Shown: positions 1-12,400, counted from the first letter of the whole stretch. The stretch is DNA of 58,069 bases, filler included, from Sphacelaria rigidula (GCA_964200075.2; 6 parts of 6 records of this genome joined end to end with filler, not necessarily neighbours in it); one strand, 5' to 3'. Program-made: numbers and translations. The notes: generated from the letters alone by a model not told the origin.

Positions 1-245
1 CGGGCCATGCAAATATGCTTTCATCCCGCTCCCCTCTCTCAACCCCCCGTATATCTTGAGGTGTTCTTCCTCGTCTACTTTGCGTCTGAGCGCTCCTTTC
101 CCCCTTATTTTTATCGTGTCTCTTACTTTTGTCTTGTACCCCGCGCCTTCATCTATGGACAGCATTTCGTCCTGGTTTCCTTCCATCTCTTTTCCATACT
201 TTCTCGACTTTTTTATCCCACCTTATTCCAGTCCTCCCTTTCATG
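1..245 (-). mobile_element. LINE ORF2 C-terminal fragment (second copy)
   Basis: Highly similar to 727-964 of the adjacent LINE copy. Confidence 0.75.
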
Positions 246-2291
246 GGGAGGGGGGGGGGGGGGCAGGCGAACTCATTTGTTTCTTGCCTTGGTCATTTGA
301 CCATTGACCACGCATCCCTTTTGAGACGGAGCACCGTCCCTACTCCTAACAGAGACACCTCCAACATTTAGGTGCTCATTACGTTTCTTCCAAACATTGC
401 ACAACAACAATTTACATATCTCATCCCCATCCTGTTTCGCCGTCTGTGACCACCATCTATCTCCTAGTATATACTGTCGTATACTGTCTAACGTCATGCC
501 ATCTTCGTTCACGTCCCGCATTTCGCCCTCGAGCACGTCTCGTTCCTCCTTGTACAGTTCACATTCTGTCACTTTACGAGTTCTGCTCTCTATTGCTTTG
601 CCACAGGGGCAATTCCATGCATCAACTTCCTCTTCCTCTCGGCTACTGGTAGGCCTCTTTCTTCTTTCTGGCAGGTTCAGGTCCCCCACCCGAAGTCGCA
701 CTTTCAGATTTTTCGCCACGTCCATTGGGCCATACAAATATGTTTTCATCCCGACCCCTCTCTCAACCCCCCGTAAATCTCCAGGTGTTCTTCCTCGTCT
801 ACTTTGCGTCTGAGCGCTCCTTCTCCCTTGTACATATATCATGTCTATTATTTTGTCTTGTACCCCGCACCTTCGCCTATGGGCAGTATTTCGTCTTCGT
901 TTCCTCCTATCCCCTCCCATACTTTCTCGACTACTTTGTCCCACCTTATTCCAGCCTTCCCTTTCGTAATTTTCTTCTATACAGCCTTATCAACTGTAGC
1001 TGGCAATCTCTTTTTCTGCATGTTATTTACGCTATATTATCATCGTATTTCCAAGGTTGTGTTCTGTATGGGGCGGTTTTCTATATACCCCGGGTATTTT
1101 CCTGGGTGTTTACCGTACCCGACAGTTCTATGACTTATGTAAGACGTTCATACTGGTCGTGAAGTCGATTGATGTTGGCGATCCCGTGCACATGTACTAC
1201 TGCGAGTGCTCGTGTAGTCTTTGTCTGTCAACTCCGTGAAGCCGCTCAGAGTTTTCGTGAACTGTCATCTGCACTTCGCCGCTGTTGTGACGTAAGTCCC
1301 ACGATGGGGATGATAATAAATCGAAGGTCGTGTTCTGTAGGGTACGGTTTTCTGTGAACCCGGGGTATTTTTCTGGGTATTTACCGTAACTTTCCGTTCT
1401 GTGCCTCCTGTAACACTTTTATACCGGTACCCGACTGTTTTGTAAACTCTGTAAGACTTTCATACTGGTACCTGACAGTTCTGTAACCTCTAAAAGACTT
1501 TCATACCCTTATCCGATAGTTCTGTCAGCTGTGTCAGCCTCCTACACCGTTACCAGGGGGCACGGGTACGCTCTTGACAACATACCCGGTTGCGGGTACT
1601 GTTTTCTATGCAACCTTCATACCCTACCCGACGTTTTATGTGGGTTCTGTAGGCCTCCCATACCCTTCCCCGACAGTTCTGTGAGCTATATACAGACTGT
1701 TTACCCGTACCTGGAGCGCGGGTATGCTCTTGAAGAAATACCCGATTGCCCGTACGGTTTTTCTGTAACCTCCGGTACTGTACCTGGCAAGTGCTTCACT
1801 TTCTGTAAGACTCTCAAACCGGTACCTGACAGTTTTGCAATTTACGTAAGACTTTCATACCGGTACCCGATATTTCTGGGAGTTATGTAAGGTATCTCAT
1901 ACCATACGGGACATACCCGTACTCAACAGAACACAGCCTCGCAATTTTATCATGTCTCTGTTTGTTTGTTTCAAGTGAGAAAATTCTCAACTCTGCTCTC
2001 AATGCTGTATTACTCGTCGTTTTCGAGCATCCAAGTATTTTCTTAGCTGCTGCCATCTAACTACTGTTTCCAACTTCTCCACCAACTTCACGTTCCCCTC
2101 CCGTACTTCTCCTACATATTCCAGCTTTGGTACAATCACGGTCATCAGGATACATGTCTTAATCCTAGTATCTAGGTGCGATTATCTGAGGATCACGTCC
2201 ATTCTGCCTATCTGTGCCTTACCATTTTCTACAATTTGATCTATATGTGCATCCCAAGAGCAGTTTTTTCATATCTCCACGCCAAGAAATT
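246..2291 (-). mobile_element. 5'-truncated decayed LINE (post-RT region and C-terminal CPCG..ESR..EC knuckle), interrupted at ~1052-1941
   Basis: 1943-2290 (minus) is collinear with the LINE at ~12030-12370; 940-1045 continues as RLPATVDKAV*KKITKGKAGIRWDKVVEKVW; 273-944 encodes CPCGKAIESRT..ECELYKEER; G-run (C-tail) at 246-263. Confidence 0.82.
1052..1941. mobile_element. Non-autonomous DNA transposon-like insertion inside the LINE
   Basis: Imperfect TIR caaggttgtgttctg / cagaacacagcctcg; interior of degenerate ggtacc/gttctgt repeats; LINE homology resumes on both sides. Confidence 0.6.
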
Positions 2292-2293
2292 TA

Positions 2294-2877
2294 CTTCCTC
2301 TGTGCCATAAGTAAAGGTCCTTCTGTTTACACAGACCTTTAGCGGTGTCCGATGCCGCCGGCGACCATTTTTTTGAAATCTTTGGAGTTTTTTTGTTAAA
2401 GTCCGTTTTTTTTGTTGTTGCACGCACCACCCCGCGTGCATGAGCGGCCGAGAAAAAACCAGTCGGCCTCAAAAAGGCCGTATTTTGCAGGTATTTTGCC
2501 CCCCTCCAGGGCGGGGCACTGACAAAAACAAGAGGAAAAAACCAAGAATTATCCCTGACCCCAAACCTAGCCCCCCCCCTCTACTCAACGACCCATGACG
2601 CGCCCCCCATACTGAAAACAGTATACTAGTGAACCCCCACACTAAAACCAAGGCAATTCTCATAATAGTTCTCAAATATATCCCAGAAAACCCGCCAAAA
2701 TTCCCAATATTCGACACACTATTTCTCAGTAATTACGAATCGGATTCAACTTTTTTTTTTAGAGGTATCCTCAAATCCATAGCTTTTCAACAAGCCTATC
2801 GGTAGTATCGTGAGTGACTAAGTTGGCGAGATATGATTTGTACCCCATAAGGACCTTTACTTATGGCACAGAGGAAG
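2294..2877. mobile_element. MITE, Tc1/mariner-like
   Basis: Perfect 29-bp TIR CTTCCTCTGTGCCATAAGTAAAGGTCCTT, flanked by TA at 2292-2293 and 2878-2879. Confidence 0.88.
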
Positions 2878-3508
2878 TACACAGATACACTTTATCTCGA
2901 AAAGTTTATATGATACCAGGCTCTAACAAGCACTGTATGGTGCTGTACTGTACCGTACCATACCGTACAGGAACGTGCCGTGCCGTACTGCAGAGTACGC
3001 GATATGCGCAACGTACCGCTTCCATTTGCATGCGTGCAAGTGTGGATCGGGGAGTGTTGTATGCCGTCAGCTGCGATACACGTTGCCAACAGTGAGCCTA
3101 AGTGCGTGTGCGCGTATTTCGTACAGTGGGATGTGAACGAGACGCGGGCGAAGTGCAGTACAGACAGCGCAGGACTCTCTGGACTCTCTGCCTACAGTGC
3201 GACGTGAAAAATACTTGAACAACGTGCATCTTTGACTGCCTGCACTATCCATGACTGTACGCAAGTCGGTCGTCCGCCGTACCACGCAGTTCCGTCGCCG
3301 ATCCCCATCATGAAAAAAGATGCTTAACTTTTCACCACCAAAAAATAAACACACAATACCCAACGCGGCAGTGTATCTATCCCTGTGCCCAACTCGTGCT
3401 CAATGCTGCAGGGTTGCAGTGGTAGCCGAGAATGAGTTGTGTAGGGTTTGAGTTGCATGGTTCTGTGGACGGGTGGTATCTGGCGTGATGGTATACTGCA
3501 ACATAGTT

Positions 3509-3703
3509 GGAGTCGCAAAAGTGCCCTGGAGGCCATTATCGGCTGCTTATCTAGATGAACATTGGATGGTTGGCCTGTAGAGGGCATTAATGTCCTCCAG
3601 AGGCTTGATGCAGTGCGAACTCCAGAGGCAATTTCACAGACTCGAGGATATCGCACCTCCGTTTCCTCTGGAGTCCCAAAAGAGCCCTAGAGGCCATCAT
3701 CGG
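3509..3703. repeat. Imperfect ~34-bp direct repeat within a probable TE remnant
   Basis: ggagtcgcaaaagtgccctggaggccattatcgg vs ggagtcccaaaagagccctagaggccatcatcgg. Confidence 0.55.
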
Positions 3704-4013
3704 TGGATCATGGGGGGGAATATTTTCCCGATTTTCCCCAGACGCATCATGACCCACTAGAGGGTATTTCATCATCCAGTGGTCCATTTTGCTCTCTAAC
3801 GGGAAAAAAACGCGGTAGAGGGACTTCAAGCAGGAACCGATCGGCCACGTGTGCAAGTGCAGTAGCGTGAGCCAGCAGTCGGCTAATTTTTGGAACTGTT
3901 GCTTTAGGTACATACTGTACCAGCAAGTGGTCGCATACACACAGTATAGGACACCACTACAAATGAAGTTCTGTCTAGCACCCGAAAAAAAACACGGGTT
4001 GCTGCGACTGTAC

Positions 4014-4167
4014 CTGAAAAGGCGTTGGCGTCATCCTTCTTCAGCACCTCGTGGTAAAAATTGGCAGCGTGCAGAAGATGTTTTTCGTACTTCGTGCGGT
4101 CCTCCAAGTTGCTGAAGTATATATTTCCGAGCGAGAGGTTGGCATAGCTGTCGCCCCGGAGGCCTGC
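4014..4167 (-). CDS. CTR9: CTR9 exon (last visible; further exons expected beyond the TE-filled intron)
   Basis: AGLRGDSYANLSLGNIYFSNLEDRTKYEKHLLHAANFYHEVLKKDDANAFS matches CTR9 DTYSMLALGNVW region; pyrimidine-rich cag acceptor, GT donor, phase 0/1. Confidence 0.88.
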
Positions 4168-4401
4168 CTGGAGGTGAAGGAACAGCCAAGGAGAAAATTA
4201 TAGTTGGGTGGTGAGCAGTTTGTAGGAGGAAAAAGGAGCGTTAACAAATAGCGCACACTCGATCACAAAAACGAACGCTGAACCGCGAAACGGTCGATTG
4301 CGGACCGGATTTATACGACTGTTTACCAGCCAACATCTTCCAAGCGTCGAAAGGATCACAGCACATGAAAAGTACATTTGAACCAAGGCATTTCACTTCA
4401 C

Positions 4402-4586
4402 CATTTCCAATATTTTCTCGAACTTCTTTTGCGCAGGCCCCCACTCTGAATTCCGCATGTGCAAGTTCCCGATGTACGCCACAATGTCTGGGTTTTCGCT
4501 ATCGACCTCCAGCGCCTGCTTGAACCATTTACTGGCTTCGTGGATCTGCCCCGAGTCGCGAGCCATCGTGCCAAGTCGGAGGTAAC
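4402..4586 (-). CDS. CTR9: CTR9 exon
   Basis: (S)[49 protein letters not shown] closely matches CTR9 YLRLGAMARDKG..EWGPGQKKFERIL; phase 1/0. Confidence 0.93.
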
Positions 4587-4920
4587 CTGCCAGAGCACGC
4601 CAATACACACCAGTCAATTGACGAAACTGGGTCAATTTGACCACATTTTGCCGAGCAACCAACGTATGTGAAGTGTGCGATGCGACCGCACTGGGCATTT
4701 GGGTACGGGCGACACAGAACTTCACCACCCACTGTAACAAAATAGAAGGGACACGACTGCGGCACACTGCGATGCTCACCTCAAATAAACATTGCAAAAT
4801 GAATGCGTCATCATTGGGAAAGTCACGATCGCGGGCCAACTGCAACTATGCCGACGGGCTACCAAGCCACCGAACCCATATGTGCTCACAGTTGCATACT
4901 GGAAGCATAAACAAACTCAC

Positions 4921-5587
4921 TGTGGACGTATGTAGGGTGCTCAGCGAGAACAGCCTTATGTAACTCTTGGGCGGCCTCGTGATGCCCCTGCTTCTCGTGA
5001 AGAAGAGCCAGATTGAACACCATCGACACGTTTTCTTGCGACACTCGGATTTTGTGGACCTTCTTGTGTAGCGGCCCTTCCAGTGCGGGGCCATCGATTT
5101 CAGTCGGGCCCACATCGGCGATCTCGAATGAACGTTGCTTTTCAGGTCCTTGAGCTATTGACACCAAGTGCGCGCCGATCCGTACGTGGGTGCCCTTTCG
5201 CACAGCTCCACCAACAGAGGCCGATAATCGCACCGTGCGGGAGCCCTTATTAATCGTCGCTGTAACGGGGAGCTCCTTCCACTCCCAAAATAGTCGGTTT
5301 TCGGGATCGGTAATGCGCAGCAAGGAATCAGAATCTTGGCTTTCTTCAGTTTTTTTTCGCCCGGGTTCTCGCTCGCTCAAGGCGTGCTCGTAGGCTGACA
5401 CTGCCTCGGTGGGGTTGTCCATGTGCTCATGTAGTACAGCAATATTCGTTAACGCAGCCTGGAGCGTTTGTAGTCCGCTCGCATCGTTCCCAACAGTGTT
5501 CGAGTTGTGTGCATCTCGTAGCCCATTTAGTCCCTTCAGATACGATGCTAGCGCTAGCTTGTGATCCACGGGGTCTTCTTGCAGCAC
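4921..5587 (-). CDS. CTR9: CTR9 exon (contains second inserted domain)
   Basis: VLQED..ALASY..LTNIAVLH..VSMVFNLALLHEKQGHHEAAQELHKAVLAEHPTYVH matches CTR9 VTTSYNLARLYE..KNILREHPNYVD; GTGAGT donor, phase 0/1. Confidence 0.92.
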
Positions 5588-5767
5588 CTGCAGTCAATTG
5601 CAGCGTTTGGACGGAAATGACCTCAAGCGTAGCATCTGTGTTAGATAACTCAGTCTTGTAAGTGCACACTAATTTTATATCCAAGCTGCATAGGTACAAC
5701 CTGGGCACCATCTGAAGAGCATTTCACGTAATGGGCTCCGGCCAAGGAAGGTGAAAAACATTCGCAC

Positions 5768-5893
5768 CTGCGCTTGAGCTATCCATGCATCTGACAGCAT
5801 CGGATTCAGTTCCAGTGCCCGCTTGAACTTTGCCAATGCTGGCGCACGCTTCCTATTTTTAGCGTAAAGGACGCCTAGAAGCACCAGAGCCTC
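5768..5893 (-). CDS. CTR9: CTR9 exon
   Basis: EALVLLGVLYA..ALELNPMLSDAWIAQAQ matches CTR9 ETMKILGSLYA..PDDVEAWIELAQ; 126 nt, phase 0/0. Confidence 0.9.
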
Positions 5894-6430
5894 CTGCATG
5901 TGGAGCCAGGATGTGCGTACAGACAAAATATACAAACATTTTGGGGGTTGCGTCAAGAAATCTCATCAAGAAGCCCCTCGTGGTCGTTTCGGGGGGCACT
6001 GACGTCAGCGAAAAGGGTACGAAGTACGAGCGATGAGCTCCTCTCTCCAGCTTCGCCTGAAGAGGCAAGCATCAGGTTTGTAAGTGTAAGAAGACTCTCA
6101 CAGGGAGGTTTGCGGCGATTGCGGAATTAACCCCTGTTGTTCGTGTTCAGAGCGCCGTCCCTCAAGACTGAAAAAGAGGTGCTCCATTGAAAAATGACCA
6201 CGTTGGTCACTGCCGTATTTTCGCCCATGCTGTAATGATCGAACTTCTTGTCTGATCATAGTAATCGCGCGGTTCGGATCGAGGCGGGGGAAAAGGGTCG
6301 CGGGTATGGAAAGCTAGAAATCCAGGTCGGCTAAAGGGGAAACTTGCGAAGCCTGACCCACATGATTCGCTGCTCTCCCACCAAGTAGCCCTCGAGGTTT
6401 ACAGGTTACTTGAAACCAAGCACTAATTTC

Positions 6431-7098
6431 CAGGGATGTGTACGGAGGACAATCCGCTCCGCGGTGCAGATTTTTTATTTCGAAACCTCACGGAGCGGAG
6501 CGGGTATCCGTATGAGTGGAAAATCACGGACTATGACGGTGCGGATATCCGCCACTGAAAATGTCACGGATTATTGCGGAGTGGATATCCGCCAACGAAA
6601 ATGTCACGGTGCAGTGCGGATTTTTTTAATAAGGTACGGAGCGGAGCGGATATGCGTCAGTGGGAAAACTCACGGATTTTCACGGGGCGGATATCCGCCA
6701 ATGAAAATGTCACGGATTATTGCGGAGCGGATGTCCGTGGCATGGATTTTTTCACGGAGCGGATTGCCCCCATCCGTGGAACACTCCGCACAAACCGCGG
6801 CGATTCCCCGCGGTGCACCGTCGCAGTAATCCGTGAAACCGATACGGTTATCCGCGAATAACGTATGGCTATCCGCGGATTAATAGCAAAAAGTACGAAA
6901 GTATTCGTTTGGCTTTGACTTCCAGCTGCTGGACAGGGGGGAAGGCGGATTCAATAGCGCACATGTTCGGCGAAGAAATCACGGATTGTTACGGTGCGGA
7001 TATCCACCCCCTACAGATGCCACGGAGCGGTGCGGATTGACAAACCGCACCGTGATAATCCGCACCGCGGAGCGGATTGTCCTCCGTACACATCCCTG
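6431..7098. mobile_element. hAT-like MITE in a CTR9 intron
   Basis: ~37-bp TIR CAGGGATGTGTACGGAGGACAATCCGCTCCGCGGTGC; many internal GCGGAT/ATCCGC motifs; no clear TSD. Confidence 0.8.
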
Positions 7099-7278
7099 GG
7101 TGTTTTTCGCAACATGCGCAAGTGGTACTAGAGCAAGGTATAGGTGCATGACGTTCGAAGACCATACTACGGCCCTGGTCCCAACACGAGAAGACCAAGC
7201 AACGGGCGCGTGTCATCGTGAAAAATTATCCTCAGAATTTTCGTCGTCCCAGTACATGACAAATGGGAGCAGCCGCAC

Positions 7279-7539
7279 CTGGTTATCCGGGACCTCCGCC
7301 AGCACGGCGTCTAGAGCTCTCACGGCTTGCTCGATGCTACCTTCGTACACTAGCATCTGCGCCATTCCGTATTGCGCTGGAGGGAACTGCGGCCAGAGAT
7401 TGCATGCTTCACTGTAGAGTAGTTTAGCCTCATTAAGGTTTCCCATGGCATGGTGCACCCGCGCCTTGAGGTAGCAACTCTCCGCTTTGATTTCCGACGC
7501 AGTCGTATTTTCGTATGCGTGACTTGCCAGCTCAATAAC
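7279..7539 (-). CDS. CTR9: CTR9 exon
   Basis: VIELASHAYENTTASEIKAESCYLKARVHHAMG..PPAQYGMAQM..VLAEVPDNQ matches CTR9 VQHLALHAFHNT..QAESCYQLARSFH; cag/GT sites, 261 nt, phase 0/0. Confidence 0.92.
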
Positions 7540-8862
7540 CTGCCATGACATGGAGATCAAAGGGTGCGGCAGGTGATGGAAGACACGCGAATATCTGTCA
7601 ATCACAACGATGGCAAAGGCGTAGAGTCGGGTGATGACACGGCTTCAGGCGGGACGGGTTGTGATGCACGCGATATCGAAGTCACAGAACCTTGAATGAA
7701 CATTTGGGAGGCTTCACGGTATTTTGTCCGCCCATCCTCACACCTATAGTATCGTCGAGTGCCCCTGCCCTCGTTCAGCTTGGCCTCATACCACGGAGGT
7801 TGCGATATCTAGTATCTCCATTTGGAAGACGGCGGGAACGCTCATATCCCGAAAAGACACGGGAAGATTTGTGGTCAATCCATTCAAGAGTTGCTTTCAA
7901 CGATTGGTTCTTTAGGTGGAGTGAAACCACCGGCACTGGGTATCTACACGTCGGGCTACGTGAAATCCAGATTGCAAATACTGTCCCAAGTTGTTGAGTC
8001 GAGGTCCGAATGACAGCCACTTACAAATTGTTGCCGAGACATGAGTTCAAACACATTCCGACGGCAACGCATGGTAACTGTACATTATACACTTTGTAAC
8101 GCAAATGACCCTTGCTACGGTTTTCGGAAGACAAAACGTCAAACCTCAAGCGTGCGAGTGCATCGTAGATGGGGAGGCCACAGCTTCATTTTGGTCTCGA
8201 CACGAAGGTCATCTTGGTCGCTCGGGCATCAAGGACCCATAACTTCCTCCCCACCCGCTTCGATCAACAATCACAGCTGCCGTCTCCATGTGCTCGAAGC
8301 CCTTTGTTGTGTCGGCCTCGGTACTTATGCAGAAACAAGTTGGAGACGCGAATGGCAACTTCTTCCAGCCTCTCACACCTACATCAACACCGTGTAAGGG
8401 CTTTTCCTTCTCTGCTTGTGATAGCATCAGCTGTTTTATATTTCGTCCGGTATGCTGTGCAGTATTAGCCAATTCGCACACTGGTGGTCCCAACATACTA
8501 ACCTTCAGTCGCCTTCACAAAACAACGTTTTCGTGATATTGAGAGTAGAGCGCTGATTGAGAGTGGCTTTGGTAATTCGCTCCAACTCAGCCAATATTTC
8601 ATCCCGTGTGTGATTTTCTTCACCTCCATCACTAGCGTGTGCTTGCAGCTGCAGGTCGATATCCTACTCGGGGATATCAAGGGCCTTAGTTGCAAGCTAC
8701 TACAGAAAGCATATCGGGCCTCGTGGAGTCGGAACTGAAACGATTCATTCATTAATTGACCGCTTTTCACTCTGAATCGTATCCTCTACTCTCAATCTCA
8801 CGAAAACATTGCTACAAGTGAACCATACTGCTCCAAGCGCACCGGCAGGTAGTCCCGCTCAC

Positions 8863-9391
8863 CTTGCGGTAGTTTTTCTTGCAGAGTTTTACAGCTTTTC
8901 CCGATGGTTCTGTGTACTTGTCACGTAAGTGAAGGGTGAATCCATCGACACCTTGCTCGCCAAGCGCCGTTGTGAAGCTGGACCCAACGCGGATAAGATC
9001 CCCTGGCACAAGATCATCTTTCAGATCAGAGCTCGTGGTGCCAGTGCTTGAGCCCGTATCGATACTTAAGGTAGCCTTCAGAGGAGACCAGGTCCAGAAG
9101 TAATGGTTGGCCAGATGGTTTAGAACCATCGCATTCGTGGAATCTACGTGGTACGCCATGCTAATGGTGTTAATGGCGTTTTCTGTTCGTCTTGCTGCAT
9201 CTTGGGATCCAGAAGATGAACTGAGCTCCAATATGGCGCTGCCAACCAACGCCTGCACGTTTTGCGGGTCAAGATCAAGCGCCCGGGCCATGGCAGCTTG
9301 CGCTCTTGGAAGTTGACCTAGCTTGTAGCAGCACAATCCAAGACCAACACGTACTGATGCCGAACACTCGGGATTGAGACGGATCGCCTCG
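8863..9391 (-). CDS. CTR9: CTR9 homolog (PAF1 complex TPR protein), internal exon, first visible
   Basis: [67 protein letters not shown] matches recalled human CTR9 ([44 protein letters not shown]); cag acceptor, GTGAGC donor. Confidence 0.92.
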
Positions 9392-9596
9392 CTGCCCAAG
9401 CATGAGGAGTTCGGGCACAGGCAGACAGTACTTTATCAGGAGGCAACAATGGTACTCTCGGACAACGACGTCCGCAACAAAACGGACCAGGAAAAGGGGT
9501 TGGGAATCGCATGCCAGGTTAAATTATGGGCAAACGTCACAGTAGGGTATACCATGGTGCATTAGCGACAAACCTGGGTACCCTCTTTGTTTGGAG

Positions 9597-9696
9597 NNNN
9601 NNNNNNNNNNNNNNNNNNNNNNNNNNNNNNNNNNNNNNNNTTAATTAATTAANNNNNNNNNNNNNNNNNNNNNNNNNNNNNNNNNNNNNNNNNNNN
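9597..9696. other. Artificial contig linker N44-TTAATTAATTAA-N44
   Basis: Seen directly; the 12-mer gives stops in all six frames. Confidence 0.97.
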
Positions 9697-11399
9697 CCAC
9701 GTACCGCCCGTTCGCTCCCGCCTTCCCCCCCCTCTGTCCCCTCTCCCCCCCCCCCCCCCCCCCCCCACGGCCCCCTCTCTCTACACCCCTGTATTGCTGT
9801 CGAGTGACAACGATGCTACAAAAATGTTACAAGGCCCTAGACATGAAATGTATTGCCTTTCGCTGTGCATATACCAGAGACCGACACACTATTAATAGAC
9901 AGCAGAAACCCTGGAACCGCAGACACACTACACAAACCAGATACAGATGAGAAATAACCGAACTAACCAACCTTTTGTTTTCCATCACAGATCTTGGCCA
10001 CGGACGAGGTAAAGACACGAAAGAACGAAGCTATAATTAACCATTTTTTCTTTGCATGATCCAGAACAAAAATCAGATGCAGACGCCATGTAAGAACGGA
10101 GCTCGTCGTGTTTTCTTTGCATGAGCCACAACACACACCGGATAAAGACATGAAATCACGAAGCTAACCATTTTTATATCCCCATGGCAAAACCGAAAAA
10201 CAAGATTTGTTCCCCATATCGCTACAACGGCAAGAAATGAAACAAGGACCTAGACCCAGATACATAAGTAACGGCTCGGAGGTTGACCACTTGACATGCA
10301 AAATCGAAAACACAGAAGATAAAACAAGCACTGATAGAGTAAGGTCACCCCGACATGTTGAATTCACGTGAAGGTTGGGTCTCGCGGTGAAATACCCGGG
10401 ACACTGTGCCGGTTTCCATATAGGCGGTGGAAATCTGGCCAGACATTATCCTACAATCCCCGACATGAGGTGCATAAGCATCGAATGAAAGGAACAGGTG
10501 GATGATGCCTGACATAAACGTCGAGGCCTACCTACTGCACTCATGAAACAAACACCTTGCCAGTAATGACTGCTCACGTGACAGAAAGGAAGGAAAAGAA
10601 GCCACAGCAAGCGCTACCTAGATGCGTTGAAATCTTGAAAGGGTAGAAGCCGGTGCAAAATGTGGGGGAAGTGTTGGCCAAGCTTTCAGCAGCGAAGGTC
10701 TACTCGGGAGCATTAGTGGGGTAGCGACCCGCAGTGAAACGTACACGGAATGAGAGAGAAATGATGTACGGGGCATCCCGATGTGTGAGTAAGACTTGGT
10801 GTTTAGCGAGCCCTCCCTGAAGCTTACGTGGTGAGAATGGCTTCCTCTGAGGAAAGCAACCAGTACAGCAGTGGGGCAAGAAGATAAAATATACGATCGT
10901 GGGACGCCTGGATGGTTTACCATACAGGTCGCCTGGCACACACGTGACGTACTTGTGTCAAGGGTGTTGAGCGTGGCTTCAGCCTACGAGCCCGTACCGG
11001 AGGCGATTTTTGGTGTCGGTGAGCCAGAAAAATATTTGAAAGACACTAGACCCCCCACTAAATACTATTAATGGGATGGTGATATCGCGGTACCTTGATT
11101 GTGTCCCAATTCGAAACTTGAACCAAACAAGCTGGAGATGATCTCGAAAGAGATGGAAGAGCGACGGTGAGAAAGGGTATATGGAGGGATGAGGATTGGA
11201 CCTACTGGTAGTGCTACTTGGAGTCCCTAGCGGAAAGCATCCACGGTTGTAGAGGAAATGCGGTAGAGCTCGGAAATGGTACCAGTTATAACTGGCCATG
11301 ATCATTATAATGGTAGTAATGGTCATGGTTGTATGGGATTTTGGATAATGGTTTCGAACCATTATTGGCCGTTACCGGCTTTATAAGCCGTTACCGGCT

Positions 11400-12400
11400 A
11401 AGAAAGATTAACGAAGGGTAAGCAGGCTGTAGAGCAAACCGTAGCTGCGTAGACCATGTGTGCACGTTAGGTGAGATTATTCAAGGTAGGAAAGATGCGG
11501 GGTTAACAACGTTCTGTTTCTTTCTGGACGTTCAGAAGGCCTATGACATAGCATGGAGAAGTGGGATGCGGAAAAACGTTGTGGGAAGCTAGGATCAGAT
11601 GAAAGATATGGAAAATGGTGCAGAAGATGACACAATGCGCGACAAGTACGATGATACCAGAAGGGGAAATATCGACGATGTTGATAGTTTACGAGGAGTT
11701 GCACAAGGGTGTACGTTATCACCCACTTCATCTAAGACAGTTAGTAACGACCTGATAACAGGAGTAGAAGCAGCAAAGTAAGGAGTCGGGGTGGTGGAAG
11801 ATACGGTATCGTTTTTGGTGTTCGCTGATGATTTCGTGGGGGAATCGGAAACACCAGGAGGATTGCAGACACAAATGGAGAAGTCGCAAGAAGACACTAG
11901 GAAATTGAGAATGACGACGAACGTGGACAAATGCGCGGTTCTCGTCTGTAACGAAGATAAGGAGAACCCGGTAGAGTTCAAATGGGAGTGGGGAGAAGAG
12001 AAATTGTCGATCGTAGACCAGTATACATACCTTGGCGTAGAGATATCAAAAAAAAAATCGTGGGATGCACACATGAAGGAAGTAATAGAAAAGGGTAAGG
12101 CACAGATAGGCAAGATGAGCGTGTTCTCAGGAGACTCGCACCTAGATACTAGGATTAGGAGATGTATTGTGAGTGCGATTGTACCACAGCTGGAAATATG
12201 CAGGAGAAGTATGGGAGGGGAACGTGAAGTTGATGAAGAAGTTCGAAACAGCACAGATGACAGCAACTACGAAAATACTTGGATGCTCGAAAACGACGAG
12301 TAATACGGCATTGAGAGCAGAGTTGGGAATATACCCACTTAAATCCCGTAGAGACCTGACAGAGTTGAAGTGACAATGTAACGTAAGGAACATGCCATAG
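11400..12400 (+). mobile_element. Decayed non-LTR retrotransposon (LINE) reverse transcriptase
   Basis: RT motifs in order: NEG*AGCRANRSCVDH, FFLDVQKAYD, GVAQGCTLSP, LVFADD, YTYLGV, ALRAELG; internal stops and frameshifts. Confidence 0.92.

Noticed and set aside
6410-6861. ORFs inside the 6431-7098 element
   Set aside because: They arise from subterminal repeats and carry no transposase motifs.
9641-9652. TTAATTAATTAA recurring every ~9.7 kb as a biological motif
   Set aside because: It is always centred in exactly 88 Ns, so it is an assembly linker.
10620-11340. Possible ORF1 or endonuclease of the adjacent LINE
   Set aside because: Heavily interrupted with no APE motifs recognised; probably another decayed repeat, not assignable.
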